In this document: positions 49,253 through 58,689 of the stretch, piece by piece | Layout of the letters: each line of letters starts with the position of its first letter | Numbering within the stretch: position 1 is the stretch's first letter | Assembly (NCBI GenBank): GCA_012520575.1 | Contig: JAAYOB010000015.1 | Coordinates: 40,705-104,704 of the forward strand | DNA from: Candidatus Stramentimicrobium fermentans | GTDB lineage: Bacteria; Atribacterota; Phoenicimicrobiia; Phoenicimicrobiales; Stramentimicrobiaceae | DNA: 64,000 nucleotides | Direction: 5' to 3' | The notes under the pieces: model-generated | Seen by the model: only the letters and a program-made list of their open reading frames with translations | Told to the model about the DNA's origin: nothing | The model's database searches: none | Position numbers and translations under genes: made by a program

Positions 49253-50635
49253 ATGGGTAACGAAAATAAAATTACTGAAATGATTGCTAAAGCCAGAGTA
49301 GCACTTAAAGAAATAGAAGGCTATTCTCAAGAAAGGGTTGACTTTTTGTGCAGAGAAGTAGCCATTGAGTGTCTGAAAAAAAACAATGCCATGAGATGTG
49401 CCAAGCTCGCTGTAGAAGAAGGTTTAATGGGAAAAGTGGAAGACAAGTTTAGTAAGATTCAAAATAAAGTTCGTGGTGCTTGGCGTGACATAAAAGATAT
49501 GAAAACCATTGGGAAAATAGAGTATGATCCAGTCAAAAGAATAAGTAAATACGCCAAGCCGGTAGGAGTGGTAGGTGCATTGTTGCCCTGTACTAACTGT
49601 GAGGCAACACCAGCCATAAAAGGTCTTTTTACCATTAAAGGGCGTAATGCTATTATTTTTGCCCCTCATCCCAGAACCAAAAAAACCTCTTGCATGATGG
49701 CAGAATTTATGAGAAAGGCACTTGCTGAAAACGATGCCCCAGTCGATCTGGTACAATGCATTGAAGAGCCAACCCTCGAACTGAGCGGTCAGCTAATGAG
49801 AGATTGTGATTTAGTAGTAGCTACCGGCGGACCAGGCATGGTTAAAGCAGCCTATAGTTCCGGTTCCCCGGCTTATGGAGTTGGACAAGGGAATGCTCCG
49901 GTAATTATAGACGAGACAGCTGATCTAGCTGCTGCAGCGAACAAAGTAAAGCAGAGTAAAACTTTCGATTATGCTACCAGTTGCTCCACTGAAAACTCCT
50001 TAATAGTGGAAGATAGTATCTACGATGCCTTTATACAGCTACTCATTAGTGAAGGTGGTTATCTTTTAAGCCAGAAAGAAAAAGATTTGTTAGGCCCGGT
50101 TCTTTTCCCAGACGGTGAACATCCCAATCCGAAATTAGTTGCACAAGCACCGGAAATCATTGCCAAAGCCGCTTCAATTAACTTGCCGGATGGTAAAGCC
50201 TTCTTCATTGTAGAAGAAGACGGGGTTGGGCAGGGTTATCCCTTCTCAGGAGAAAAACTTGCCGTAGTTGTTGCAGTTTATAGATACAGTGGGGGTTTTG
50301 AAAATGCCCTTGATTTGGTAGATAGACTTATTTCCTATCAAGGGTTAGGTCATTCTTGTGGAATTCATACTAATAATGATGAACATATACAAGCTCTTGG
50401 AGAAAGAGCTAAAGCTAGCCGTATAATGGTCAACCAGCCACAGTGCCTGGCCAATAGCGGTAACTGGTATAATGGAATGCCTTTTACTCTAAGCTTGGGA
50501 TGTGGAACTTGGGGCGGCAATATAGCGACTGAAAATATCGGTATGAAACATTTTCTAAATATCTCCTGGCTTTCTGAACCTTTTGAGCCTGTAAAACCAA
50601 CCGATATGGAATTATTTGGCAGAGAAATTGATTAG
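49253..50635 (+). CDS. CoA-acylating aldehyde dehydrogenase (EutE/PduP/SucD-like)
   Basis: ALDH superfamily GQGNAPVIIDETADL. Catalytic Cys region SCSTENSLIV. The start is placed at MGNENK (RBS AAAGGA). The track ORF begins at 49193. Confidence 0.7.
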   Translation: MGNENKITEMIAKARVALKEIEGYSQERVDFLCREVAIECLKKNNAMRCAKLAVEEGLMGKVEDKFSKIQNKVRGAWRDIKDMKTIGKIEYDPVKRISKYAKPVGVVGALLPCTNCEATPAIKGLFTIKGRNAIIFAPHPRTKKTSCMMAEFMRKALAENDAPVDLVQCIEEPTLELSGQLMRDCDLVVATGGPGMVKAAYSSGSPAYGVGQGNAPVIIDETADLAAAANKVKQSKTFDYATSCSTENSLIVEDSIYDAFIQLLISEGGYLLSQKEKDLLGPVLFPDGEHPNPKLVAQAPEIIAKAASINLPDGKAFFIVEEDGVGQGYPFSGEKLAVVVAVYRYSGGFENALDLVDRLISYQGLGHSCGIHTNNDEHIQALGERAKASRIMVNQPQCLANSGNWYNGMPFTLSLGCGTWGGNIATENIGMKHFLNISWLSEPFEPVKPTDMELFGREID

Positions 50636-50887
50636 AGTTTAATTAAATTTTTTATCGAAAAGAAATAGAACTGAAATAAAAAGTTTAGCTAATTATTTAG
50701 AATAATATAATAGATGATTGTTAATGCAATTATATTAGCTATCTAAAAAATAAAATTTTATGAGATAAATGGTGGAAACTTGTTGGTGTACTTTATCTAT
50801 CTTATTTACTCTTACTTATTGCATGTTTCCTCCGGAGTGGAGATCGGTATAATTCTTTCTCCTACTTATTGACAATGGTCAAAATAC

Positions 50888-51001
50888 TTCTTTAGGTGTA
50901 AAATTACCGCCGGCCGTTGGTTGGCATCGGTACCATTAATGATAATCTCCGCCCTTTTTTAGAAAAATATTTGTTAAAAGAACAATTTAAGATAGAATAA
51001 T
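50888..51001 (+). repeat. Copy B of the duplicated intergenic element (core 50921-50967) upstream of the macro-domain gene
   Basis: Same 47-nt core. A TTTGTT-17-TAGAAT promoter-like motif follows. Confidence 0.6.
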
Positions 51002-51022
51002 AGAAGATATTCTTTAAGAAGG

Positions 51023-51562
51023 GTGGTTTCGATGAAGAAAATAGTATACGGAAAAACTATTGAATGTATAATGGGCGATATTGCAGCTCAGGCAGATATG
51101 ACAGCCGTGGTGAATGCCGCCAACGCCCAATTAAGAACAGGGGGAGGAGTAGCCGGGGCGTTACATCGGGCAGCTGGACCCGGTTTGGAGGAAGAAGGAA
51201 GGGCACTGGCCCCTATCAAACCCGGCGAGGCAGTTATTACCGGCGGTTACAATCTTCCCAATAAATATGTCGTTCACTGTCTGGGTCCGGTTTATGGTAT
51301 GGATAGCCCTGAAGATGTATTATTGGCAAATTGTTATCGTAATGCTTTGAAGATAGCAGACGAACATCATATCGGTTCCATTGCCTTCCCGGCAATCTCT
51401 ACCGGTATCTTTGGTTACCCGATGGAAGAAGCCGCTCAAATTACTTTTCGTACCATAAAAAGTTTATTATCTAAATTAACCCATGTAAAACGTATCCGTT
51501 TTGTGCTGCACGACCGGAATGCTCTTTCTGTCTATGAAAAATATCTGGAAAAGATGGGATAA
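51023..51562 (+). CDS. Macro-domain protein (O-acetyl-ADP-ribose deacetylase / MacroD-YmdB-like)
   Basis: GDIAAQADMTAVVNAANAQLRTGGGVAGALHRAAG and AFPAISTGIFGYP motifs. Confidence 0.8.
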   Translation: MVSMKKIVYGKTIECIMGDIAAQADMTAVVNAANAQLRTGGGVAGALHRAAGPGLEEEGRALAPIKPGEAVITGGYNLPNKYVVHCLGPVYGMDSPEDVLLANCYRNALKIADEHHIGSIAFPAISTGIFGYPMEEAAQITFRTIKSLLSKLTHVKRIRFVLHDRNALSVYEKYLEKMG

Positions 51563-51567
51563 AGAAT

Positions 51568-54500
51568 TTATTTTAACAACTTTTGGTTGACAACTTCGAA
51601 GAAAATTTTAACCAGTTCCGGGTCAAATTGAGTGCCTGCATTTATCCTGATCTCTTCCATTGCTTCTTCCCGGCTTAGTGGTTTTTTGTAATATTTAACT
51701 GATTGCATGACATCAAAGGCATCCACCAGTCCAATAATCCTGGAAAGCAAAGGAGTTTCTTTCTCTTTTAAACCGGCCGGATATCCTTTACCGTCCCATC
51801 GTTCGTGGTGGTAGAGAATTTCATTGGCAATAGAGGAAAAATCCGGGATATTTTTTGCAATTCGGTATCCGATATTGGGATGGTTTTTTATTATCTTCCA
51901 GTCTTCCTCTGTCAAGGGCTCTGCCTTGAATAAAATATTTTCGGGAATACCAATCTTACCGATATCATGCAACAGGGCTAATAAGCGCAGTCTGTCCAAA
52001 TCATAAGGGCCTAAACCCATCCTTTGCCCGATTTTGTAGGCAATATTCACCATCCGCTGAGAGTGTTTTTCGGTATGTATATCCCTGGCACTTAGTATGG
52101 AGAGAAAAGCGTCCAAAAGATATTTTTCTCTGCTTTTTACGTTTAATAGTTTATTCTGATACATTCTCTGATCAGCTTCTCTTAAAATTGCCTCATAGTC
52201 CAGTAGTTTGCCTTCCTGTGTAGCAATTCCCATAGAAATATTAGGATTAAGATAGAGCGGTTCAAAATTATTTTGCCGGCAATCATTAGCTATCCTCTGA
52301 CAAAAAGCTTCTGCTGCTGAACCGGTAGTATTAGGCAGAATTATAGCAAATTCATCACCACCTAGTCTTGCCAGCACGTCGACTTCACGGGAATTACGTT
52401 TTAATATCACCGATAAATTTTTTAATAATTGGTCTCCCTGGCTATGTCCGAAGGTGTCATTGATAGCCTTTAAGCCATTAACATCCATCATTACTACACT
52501 GAGAGGGTGGAATCGAGGGTTGTTCATTCTTTTTAATTCTTCTTCAAAATAAGCTCTATTGTAGAGGCCGGTCAGGGAATCATGGAAGCTGATATAAATA
52601 ATCTTCTCTTCATTCTGTTTTCGGACCAGGGCAGTAGCTACTTGGGAAGCCATTATCTCCATAAGTTTGATATCTTTTTCTGAGTAACAGGTTGGATTGT
52701 GGTAATCCTGGACAATCATGGCGCCGATAGTTTTTCCTTCAATTTTTAGAGGAACACCCAACCAGCATATTTTTTCCGTTAAAGGACCATAAATTTTAAT
52801 CTTTTTTTCCAATACCAATCCATGTATCTGATTATAATTTAAAAGTAATGATTGCTGCTGTTTAATTAAGTAATGGGTAACTGAATCTTTAAGGTTTAAG
52901 CCTACAGGAGAAAAATTGGTATTCTGCTCATCACTATAATAGACAAAAGATAATACATCTTTTTCTTCATCCATAAGGGCGATATAAAAACTGGTTGCGT
53001 TGATTATTTTTTTCAATTCAGTATGTATATCCCGGTAGAGTTGGGAAATGGCTATGGGAGCATTGGCAGCTTGAGAAATATTATAGAGGACCTGCCGCAA
53101 AGTCTCATTTTGTTTCTGTTCGGTAATATCCTGGTACAGGGCAACAAATCCTTGCACCTGCCCCTTAATTTTTACCTGAGAGGTGGAAATTTGTACCGGG
53201 ATATCTTTGCCCTCTTTAGTCCTGCGGTAAGTTTCGTGCATGAGAGAGTCTGAAGAATGAGCTTTAACAGTCAAATTTTCTCCTTCCTTAATCCTCTCTA
53301 AGGGGTAAAAATTGAGCTGGGCCAGGCGCTTGCCCACCATTTCTTCTCGGGTAAAGCCGAATAGTTTGGTAAATTGAGGGTTCGCATCAAATACCCTATC
53401 TTCTTTATCTAAATAGATTGCAGCCAGAGGATTACTCCTGAAGAGAGATTCGAATCTTTCTTGTGTTTGGCGTATTTCCTCCTCCGCCTGTTTTTTCTCG
53501 GTAATATCCTCATAGAGACCAATAACTCCACTAATCTGATTTTTAATTTTCATTTGAGAAGAGGAAATCTGTACAGGTATGTCTCTACCGTCTTTGGCTC
53601 TACGGATTGTTTCAAATTTGAGATGGGGAGAGTAGAAGGTCTTTTTAGTTAATCCCTCTCCTTCCTCTTTTTTCCCTTGAGGATAGAAATTGAACTGATT
53701 CATTTTTTTACCCAGAATATCTTTTTTAGTGTAACCGAATAGTTCAGTAAACCTGGGATTAATATCCAGTACTCTATCTTCAATATCCAAATAGACCGCA
53801 GCTAAGGGATTGTTGGCAAAGAGAGAGACAAACTTCTCATGATTTTGATGGATTTCCATTTCAGTTATCTTTCTTTCAATAGCGGCAGCCACAAGTTTGG
53901 AAAGAAATACCATGGAATTGATATCATTTTCCGAATACATATTCGGTGTGGTATAATTGGCTACAGACATACATCCTTTAAGGTGAATACCGATTTTTAA
54001 TGGTACTCCCAACCAGCAGGTTTCTTCAGTCAATTTTCCCTTATCGAACGGTGCCAACTGCCCCATTTTACTAAGTTTTAATATCTGAGCATAATCCGCT
54101 AAAAGTGGCTTACCGTTTTCTATGATATAGTTTGCCAGACTTTTTAAAAGACTTGGCCTATCGCTTTCTTCGGTAAGTTCGTGCTTTTCATCGATAAAAT
54201 AGGAAAAAGTTATTTGGTTTTTTTCTTCATCCCATAGAGCGATATGGAAGTTTTCAGCGAAAATAATTTGGTTTAGCTGCACACGAATAATATCATATAA
54301 ATCTGATAAAGAAATATCGCTATTAGCAGTTCGAAAAATGTTGAATAAGGCTCTGCTGAGTCTTTCATTGTACTTTCTGAGGGAAATATCTTTAAATGCT
54401 AATATATTGCCCAGAAAATATTCTTTTGAAGTGAAAAAAGGATACCCCGAAATCTCTATATCTAAAGCAGAATGTCCTTTCCTGTCCAATGTTGCTTCCA

Positions 54501-54777
54501 GGGAGCGTACTTCTTGGGTAGGATTTGTTAAATAACTTAGGTAACTCTTGTAATCCTCTTCTGAAAAAGTGAGAATAGTGTCAAGCTCTTTGTTAATCAA
54601 ATCTTCGGCTTGATAATCAAAAAGACGGCTGAATTGAGGATTGGCAGCCAGCACTTTTCCGCTTTTATCAATAAGAAGCAATGCTGAGGGATTGTATTGA
54701 AAGGTAGGGTTTTTAAATGCGAAGCCATCTTTTGATAAAAAATCCGGCATAAGCTGTTCTTCTTTAAATTCAGACAA
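51568..54777 (-). CDS. Multidomain c-di-GMP signalling protein: PAS/GAF sensor modules, then GGDEF diguanylate cyclase, then HD-GYP phosphodiesterase
   Basis: GGDEF motif LARLGGDEFAIIL. HD-GYP motif LLHDIGKIGIP...HHERWDGKGYP. A duplicated PAS-GAF module (SLFANNPLAAVYLD matches SLFRSNPLAAIYLD; CWLGVPLKIG matches CWLGVPLKIEG). Confidence 0.8.
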   Translation of the reverse strand: MSEFKEEQLMPDFLSKDGFAFKNPTFQYNPSALLLIDKSGKVLAANPQFSRLFDYQAEDLINKELDTILTFSEEDYKSYLSYLTNPTQEVRSLEATLDRKGHSALDIEISGYPFFTSKEYFLGNILAFKDISLRKYNERLSRALFNIFRTANSDISLSDLYDIIRVQLNQIIFAENFHIALWDEEKNQITFSYFIDEKHELTEESDRPSLLKSLANYIIENGKPLLADYAQILKLSKMGQLAPFDKGKLTEETCWLGVPLKIGIHLKGCMSVANYTTPNMYSENDINSMVFLSKLVAAAIERKITEMEIHQNHEKFVSLFANNPLAAVYLDIEDRVLDINPRFTELFGYTKKDILGKKMNQFNFYPQGKKEEGEGLTKKTFYSPHLKFETIRRAKDGRDIPVQISSSQMKIKNQISGVIGLYEDITEKKQAEEEIRQTQERFESLFRSNPLAAIYLDKEDRVFDANPQFTKLFGFTREEMVGKRLAQLNFYPLERIKEGENLTVKAHSSDSLMHETYRRTKEGKDIPVQISTSQVKIKGQVQGFVALYQDITEQKQNETLRQVLYNISQAANAPIAISQLYRDIHTELKKIINATSFYIALMDEEKDVLSFVYYSDEQNTNFSPVGLNLKDSVTHYLIKQQQSLLLNYNQIHGLVLEKKIKIYGPLTEKICWLGVPLKIEGKTIGAMIVQDYHNPTCYSEKDIKLMEIMASQVATALVRKQNEEKIIYISFHDSLTGLYNRAYFEEELKRMNNPRFHPLSVVMMDVNGLKAINDTFGHSQGDQLLKNLSVILKRNSREVDVLARLGGDEFAIILPNTTGSAAEAFCQRIANDCRQNNFEPLYLNPNISMGIATQEGKLLDYEAILREADQRMYQNKLLNVKSREKYLLDAFLSILSARDIHTEKHSQRMVNIAYKIGQRMGLGPYDLDRLRLLALLHDIGKIGIPENILFKAEPLTEEDWKIIKNHPNIGYRIAKNIPDFSSIANEILYHHERWDGKGYPAGLKEKETPLLSRIIGLVDAFDVMQSVKYYKKPLSREEAMEEIRINAGTQFDPELVKIFFEVVNQKLLK

Positions 54778-55108
54778 CCTTGTTTACCAACTTTTTTAAT
54801 TACTATTAATTCAGCCTGTCGAAGATTTACACATTATTATAGATTAAATAAAAGGCAAATGCAAAAAGAATTGCAAAACCAATCTATATAGGCATAGCCG
54901 AAAAAGATCCCGTACGGAAGGCTTCCTCTTTCTATACCTGAGATGGAAAAGTAGTTTGTTGGGCTAGTTTTAATTACTATGCTTTAAATCCTTTGCCATT
55001 ACCCGGAAATGGGAGGAGCCAAAAGGAAATACCTATATTTCAGACTTTACGGAAGTCAATATTATAATATACCAAATAAATTGCATAGAACAAAAATGAA
55101 TACTGCCA

Positions 55109-56518
55109 TTAATTGCACTTCTGTAAAGAATCATCCAATTTAGCGGCAGCAGTAACTATTTCACTTTCTACCTCGGTCTGTTCTTCGCTAATTTGTCCTC
55201 TAATTCTATTGAATAGTAGTACTGCTAAAATAAAAGTAAGAACATTGGCAAAGGGTTGGGCATAAATAAACCCTGATAGCCCAAAATGCTTATTTAGAAA
55301 AAAGAGGGACGGGATATAAAACAAGCCCTGCCTGGTTAGAGCCAGAATTAAAGCCGGTTTTCCTTTACCCAGGGCTTGGAAGCTGACCCTTATTAAGAAT
55401 TGTATTCCGGCAAAGGGCAAAGCTATAAGGAATGCCCGCATAATCCGGATTCCGTGTTCAATTACCTGTTCATTGTTGATAAAGATCCGAATCAAATGTC
55501 CGGCAAAGAGAGAGAAGAATATTACAAAAAAAAGAGAGATGCCGGTAGCCATAATAACAGCAGTTTTAAAAACCTTATTAAGCCGTTTGATATTACGAGC
55601 ACCATAACTATAACCAATCAAGGGCTGAGTTCCATCTGATAACCCAACTAAGGTCATAATACACATTGAAAAGGTTCGCTGAACAATACCGTAGCTCGCT
55701 ACTATCATATCACTATAGCTGGCAGCCATATAATTAGCCAGAGTTTGGGAAGTGCTTATCATTAAACTATGGATTGATGCCGGAATACCAATTTTAAAAA
55801 TATTTAAAAATATTTCACTTTGCGGAGAAAAGTGTTTCCAATGAATGGATACTAAGCTTCTTCTTTGCAGATAAAAGCTGAAGTAGTATAATAGGCCTGT
55901 CCCCTGACCTATAATAGTGGCGATTGCCGCACCTTTAACCCCATAGCCCAACACCATAATAAAGATAGGGTCCAGAATAATATTTAAACCGGTTCCGATA
56001 AACATTCCCATCATAGCTACCTTGGCAGCCCCCTCAGAACGAAGCATCTGTGTTAACATAAAATTGAGCATAACAATAATGCTGCCGCCGAATATTACCG
56101 AAAGGTAATCGTAAGCATATTTACGTGTTTCCGGAGTTACGCCGATTAAACGTAATATTGGAAAAATAAGTGTCAGACTGATGGTAGTGAATATTAACGC
56201 TAAAATCGCACAGGAATAGAAGGCTGTTGCGCTGGTTTTTTTGGCCGTTAAAAAATCTTGCCTGCCCAATGACCTGGAAATAAAAGAGGCCGCACCAAAT
56301 CCAAACACCCCGCTAACGGACATTAAAATCATAAATATAGGATAAGCTACCGAAACAGCGGCTACCTTATAGGGATCATTTAGTTTCCCTACAAAAAAAG
56401 TGTCGGTAAGATTGTAAAAAACCTGAACCCACATGGCTAAAATAGTAGGTACGGACAGACTTAGGATGGCGCTTAAAGGGGGCTTATCCCTGAGAATTTG
56501 TATTCTTTTTTCATCCAT
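55109..56518 (-). CDS. MATE-family efflux transporter
   Basis: 469 aa with 12 predicted TM helices. N-terminus LSLSVPTILAMWVQVFYNLTDTFFVGKL. Confidence 0.75.
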   Translation of the reverse strand: MDEKRIQILRDKPPLSAILSLSVPTILAMWVQVFYNLTDTFFVGKLNDPYKVAAVSVAYPIFMILMSVSGVFGFGAASFISRSLGRQDFLTAKKTSATAFYSCAILALIFTTISLTLIFPILRLIGVTPETRKYAYDYLSVIFGGSIIVMLNFMLTQMLRSEGAAKVAMMGMFIGTGLNIILDPIFIMVLGYGVKGAAIATIIGQGTGLLYYFSFYLQRRSLVSIHWKHFSPQSEIFLNIFKIGIPASIHSLMISTSQTLANYMAASYSDMIVASYGIVQRTFSMCIMTLVGLSDGTQPLIGYSYGARNIKRLNKVFKTAVIMATGISLFFVIFFSLFAGHLIRIFINNEQVIEHGIRIMRAFLIALPFAGIQFLIRVSFQALGKGKPALILALTRQGLFYIPSLFFLNKHFGLSGFIYAQPFANVLTFILAVLLFNRIRGQISEEQTEVESEIVTAAAKLDDSLQKCN

Positions 56519-56664
56519 GCATTAATCCTCGATTTACTCTCCCTAGAATATGAATAATTACACCGGTATAATTGAATAATTTTTCCCTTTTCTTATGTTT
56601 TGGCAAATAACTTTAGAACCCAAAGGTAAAGCGATCTATCTCAGGACTATAAATAAAAAAGATA

Positions 56665-57120
56665 TCAATGCTTTATTTTTTTCTTAATCTTGAGCAGGAG
56701 TTCAGTAAGAGTATTAATATCTTTGCCGGACAAATCCTGTAAAAGGTAGGCTTCTGATTCGGTAATACTCTCTTTGCAGATCTTTTTAATTTCCATGCCT
56801 TTTTCAGTAAGCATGATTATTCTGCTTCTGAAATCATCCGAATCAGTTTCTTTCCTAATAAGGTCTTTTGACAGTAGTATACGAATTGATTTGGTCAGAG
56901 AAGAGGGCTTAATTTCCAGAAATTCATGAATCATTTTCTGATTTATTTTCTGCTCGCCGTGTTCCCATAGGTAAGCTAATACCTTGAACTGAGAGATGGT
57001 CAAATTATTCTGACTCAGGTCTTTATCCAACTGCACCCTGAAATAGCGAGCTATCCTCGAAATAAGTTTGAGAAGACCATATTCAGTATATTTTTCATTA
57101 TTAGTACTTTCCTTATTCAA
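56665..57120 (-). CDS. MarR-family transcriptional regulator
   Basis: 151 aa with winged-HTH pattern LTISQFKVLAYLWEHGEQKINQKMIHEFLEIKPSSLTKSIRILLSKDLIRK. Confidence 0.7.
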   Translation of the reverse strand: MNKESTNNEKYTEYGLLKLISRIARYFRVQLDKDLSQNNLTISQFKVLAYLWEHGEQKINQKMIHEFLEIKPSSLTKSIRILLSKDLIRKETDSDDFRSRIIMLTEKGMEIKKICKESITESEAYLLQDLSGKDINTLTELLLKIKKKIKH

Positions 57121-57491
57121 CCCTTTTAAGCCTTAATAACCATTTTTGAAAATTTGTTGCAAAGGGCTTGCTTCTTGCTAAACTAAATATTGAGATAGCT
57201 AAATATATTATAGGAGCAGATTAATGTTTGTCAACCGGAACTGCCTATTTTTGTAAAAAAATAAGATTATTTTTAGTCACTTTTAAAAAAGATTCCTCTA
57301 TATAGTGTGTAAAAATTACCCGATTGATAAGATAAAACTGTGCGAAGATTTCGCAGCTAAAGTGTGCCGGTATAAAATATCTTTTTAATGGATAAATATT
57401 GAGGGGCAACAGATATATTAATACTACTTATTTCAAGAGTGTTATAATATTGTAAAATATATTTTAAAAAAATTATTCCTTCTTCCAGTTT

Positions 57492-57507
57492 TGGCACAAA
57501 TATTGCT
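57492..57507 (+). promoter_or_regulatory. Candidate sigma-54 (RpoN) -24/-12 promoter upstream of the efflux operon
   Basis: TGGCAC-aaata-TTGCT matches the TGGCAC-N5-TTGC consensus spacing exactly. It lies about 120 nt upstream of the 57628 start. Confidence 0.4.
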
Positions 57508-57627
57508 CATCATAGTCTATTAGAGAAAAATTATCGAAATTCTACAATAGGAGATGATGCTTATGTCAGGTAGTAATACATTAGTAATAAAACCGTTTCT
57601 GTCAAATTAATAAGGAGGTTTGCCACA

Positions 57628-58689
57628 ATGAACAGATGGCTGAGGTGCTTGGGCGTGTCCTTTTTAGCTCTGACCATTCTTAGTTTTCCAGGCCTAACTC
57701 AGGAGAAAACCGCTCTGGGTATTTCCGATATGATTACTCTGGCAATATCCAATAACATGGACTTTCAAAAAGCCCTCTTGCAATTAAAAAATATAGAGAT
57801 TGATACCCTTCAGCTGGAAGCAGAAAATTTATTAACTAAATCCGAGATATTGGCCAAACAAAAAGAAATAAATCTGCTGCAGCAGAAAGATACCTTCCAA
57901 AATCAAAAAGACCAATTAATTATACAGGCGGTAGATAACTATTTTCGCTTGATGCTGGCAGAGAAAGATATTGTACGCAAAAGAAAGAATGCAGAGTTGG
58001 AAAAATCAATTCTGACAGAGGTAGAGGCACAGGTGGCTGCCGGCTACAGCGTTGACCTGGCACTATTGCAGCAGGGCAATACCTATTACAATGCCCGTTT
58101 TTCCTATGAAAAAGCAAAGCTGGATTATGAACAGTTGCTCATAGAAATTAAGGATAACCTGGGAATTAATCATAATACCAACCTTTCGGTAAAAATTATG
58201 GAAATGACACATCTCGCGGAAATAGACCTGCCCACAGCACTGGCAAAGGCTCGTGAAAATAGTGCAAGTATAAAGAGTAAAGAGATTGAGGTTGGGCTGG
58301 CTAACATCAGACTGGAAGAAGCAAAGATTAACCGGGAGTCGCAATTGGAGATTGCAAAACTGGAAAATAATCTAAAAGTAGCAGAATTAGAAGAATCCAT
58401 CTTAAAACAGGACCTAGATTTTCAAATACAAACCCAATGGCAGAATCACCGGCAGAGTAAAAATGATATTCTTTTAAGCGAACAGAGTTTGAAGCAGATG
58501 CAGGAAAATGAAACCACTATAAGGCGGCAGGTAGAGGCAGGTTTGCGTACTGACGGTGAATTACTCTCAGCAACCATAGGGGTTTTAGATGCCGAATATC
58601 GTCTAATCTCATCATTTCGGCAGTATTATCAATCACATTTAGAGCTAAAGAGAATAATGGGTATGCTGGAAGAAGGAGAGATAAGGTAA
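57628..58689 (+). CDS. TolC-family outer-membrane efflux protein (short form)
   Basis: Signal peptide. Coiled-coil-rich sequence with TolC-like heptads. Confidence 0.55.
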   Translation: MNRWLRCLGVSFLALTILSFPGLTQEKTALGISDMITLAISNNMDFQKALLQLKNIEIDTLQLEAENLLTKSEILAKQKEINLLQQKDTFQNQKDQLIIQAVDNYFRLMLAEKDIVRKRKNAELEKSILTEVEAQVAAGYSVDLALLQQGNTYYNARFSYEKAKLDYEQLLIEIKDNLGINHNTNLSVKIMEMTHLAEIDLPTALAKARENSASIKSKEIEVGLANIRLEEAKINRESQLEIAKLENNLKVAELEESILKQDLDFQIQTQWQNHRQSKNDILLSEQSLKQMQENETTIRRQVEAGLRTDGELLSATIGVLDAEYRLISSFRQYYQSHLELKRIMGMLEEGEIR

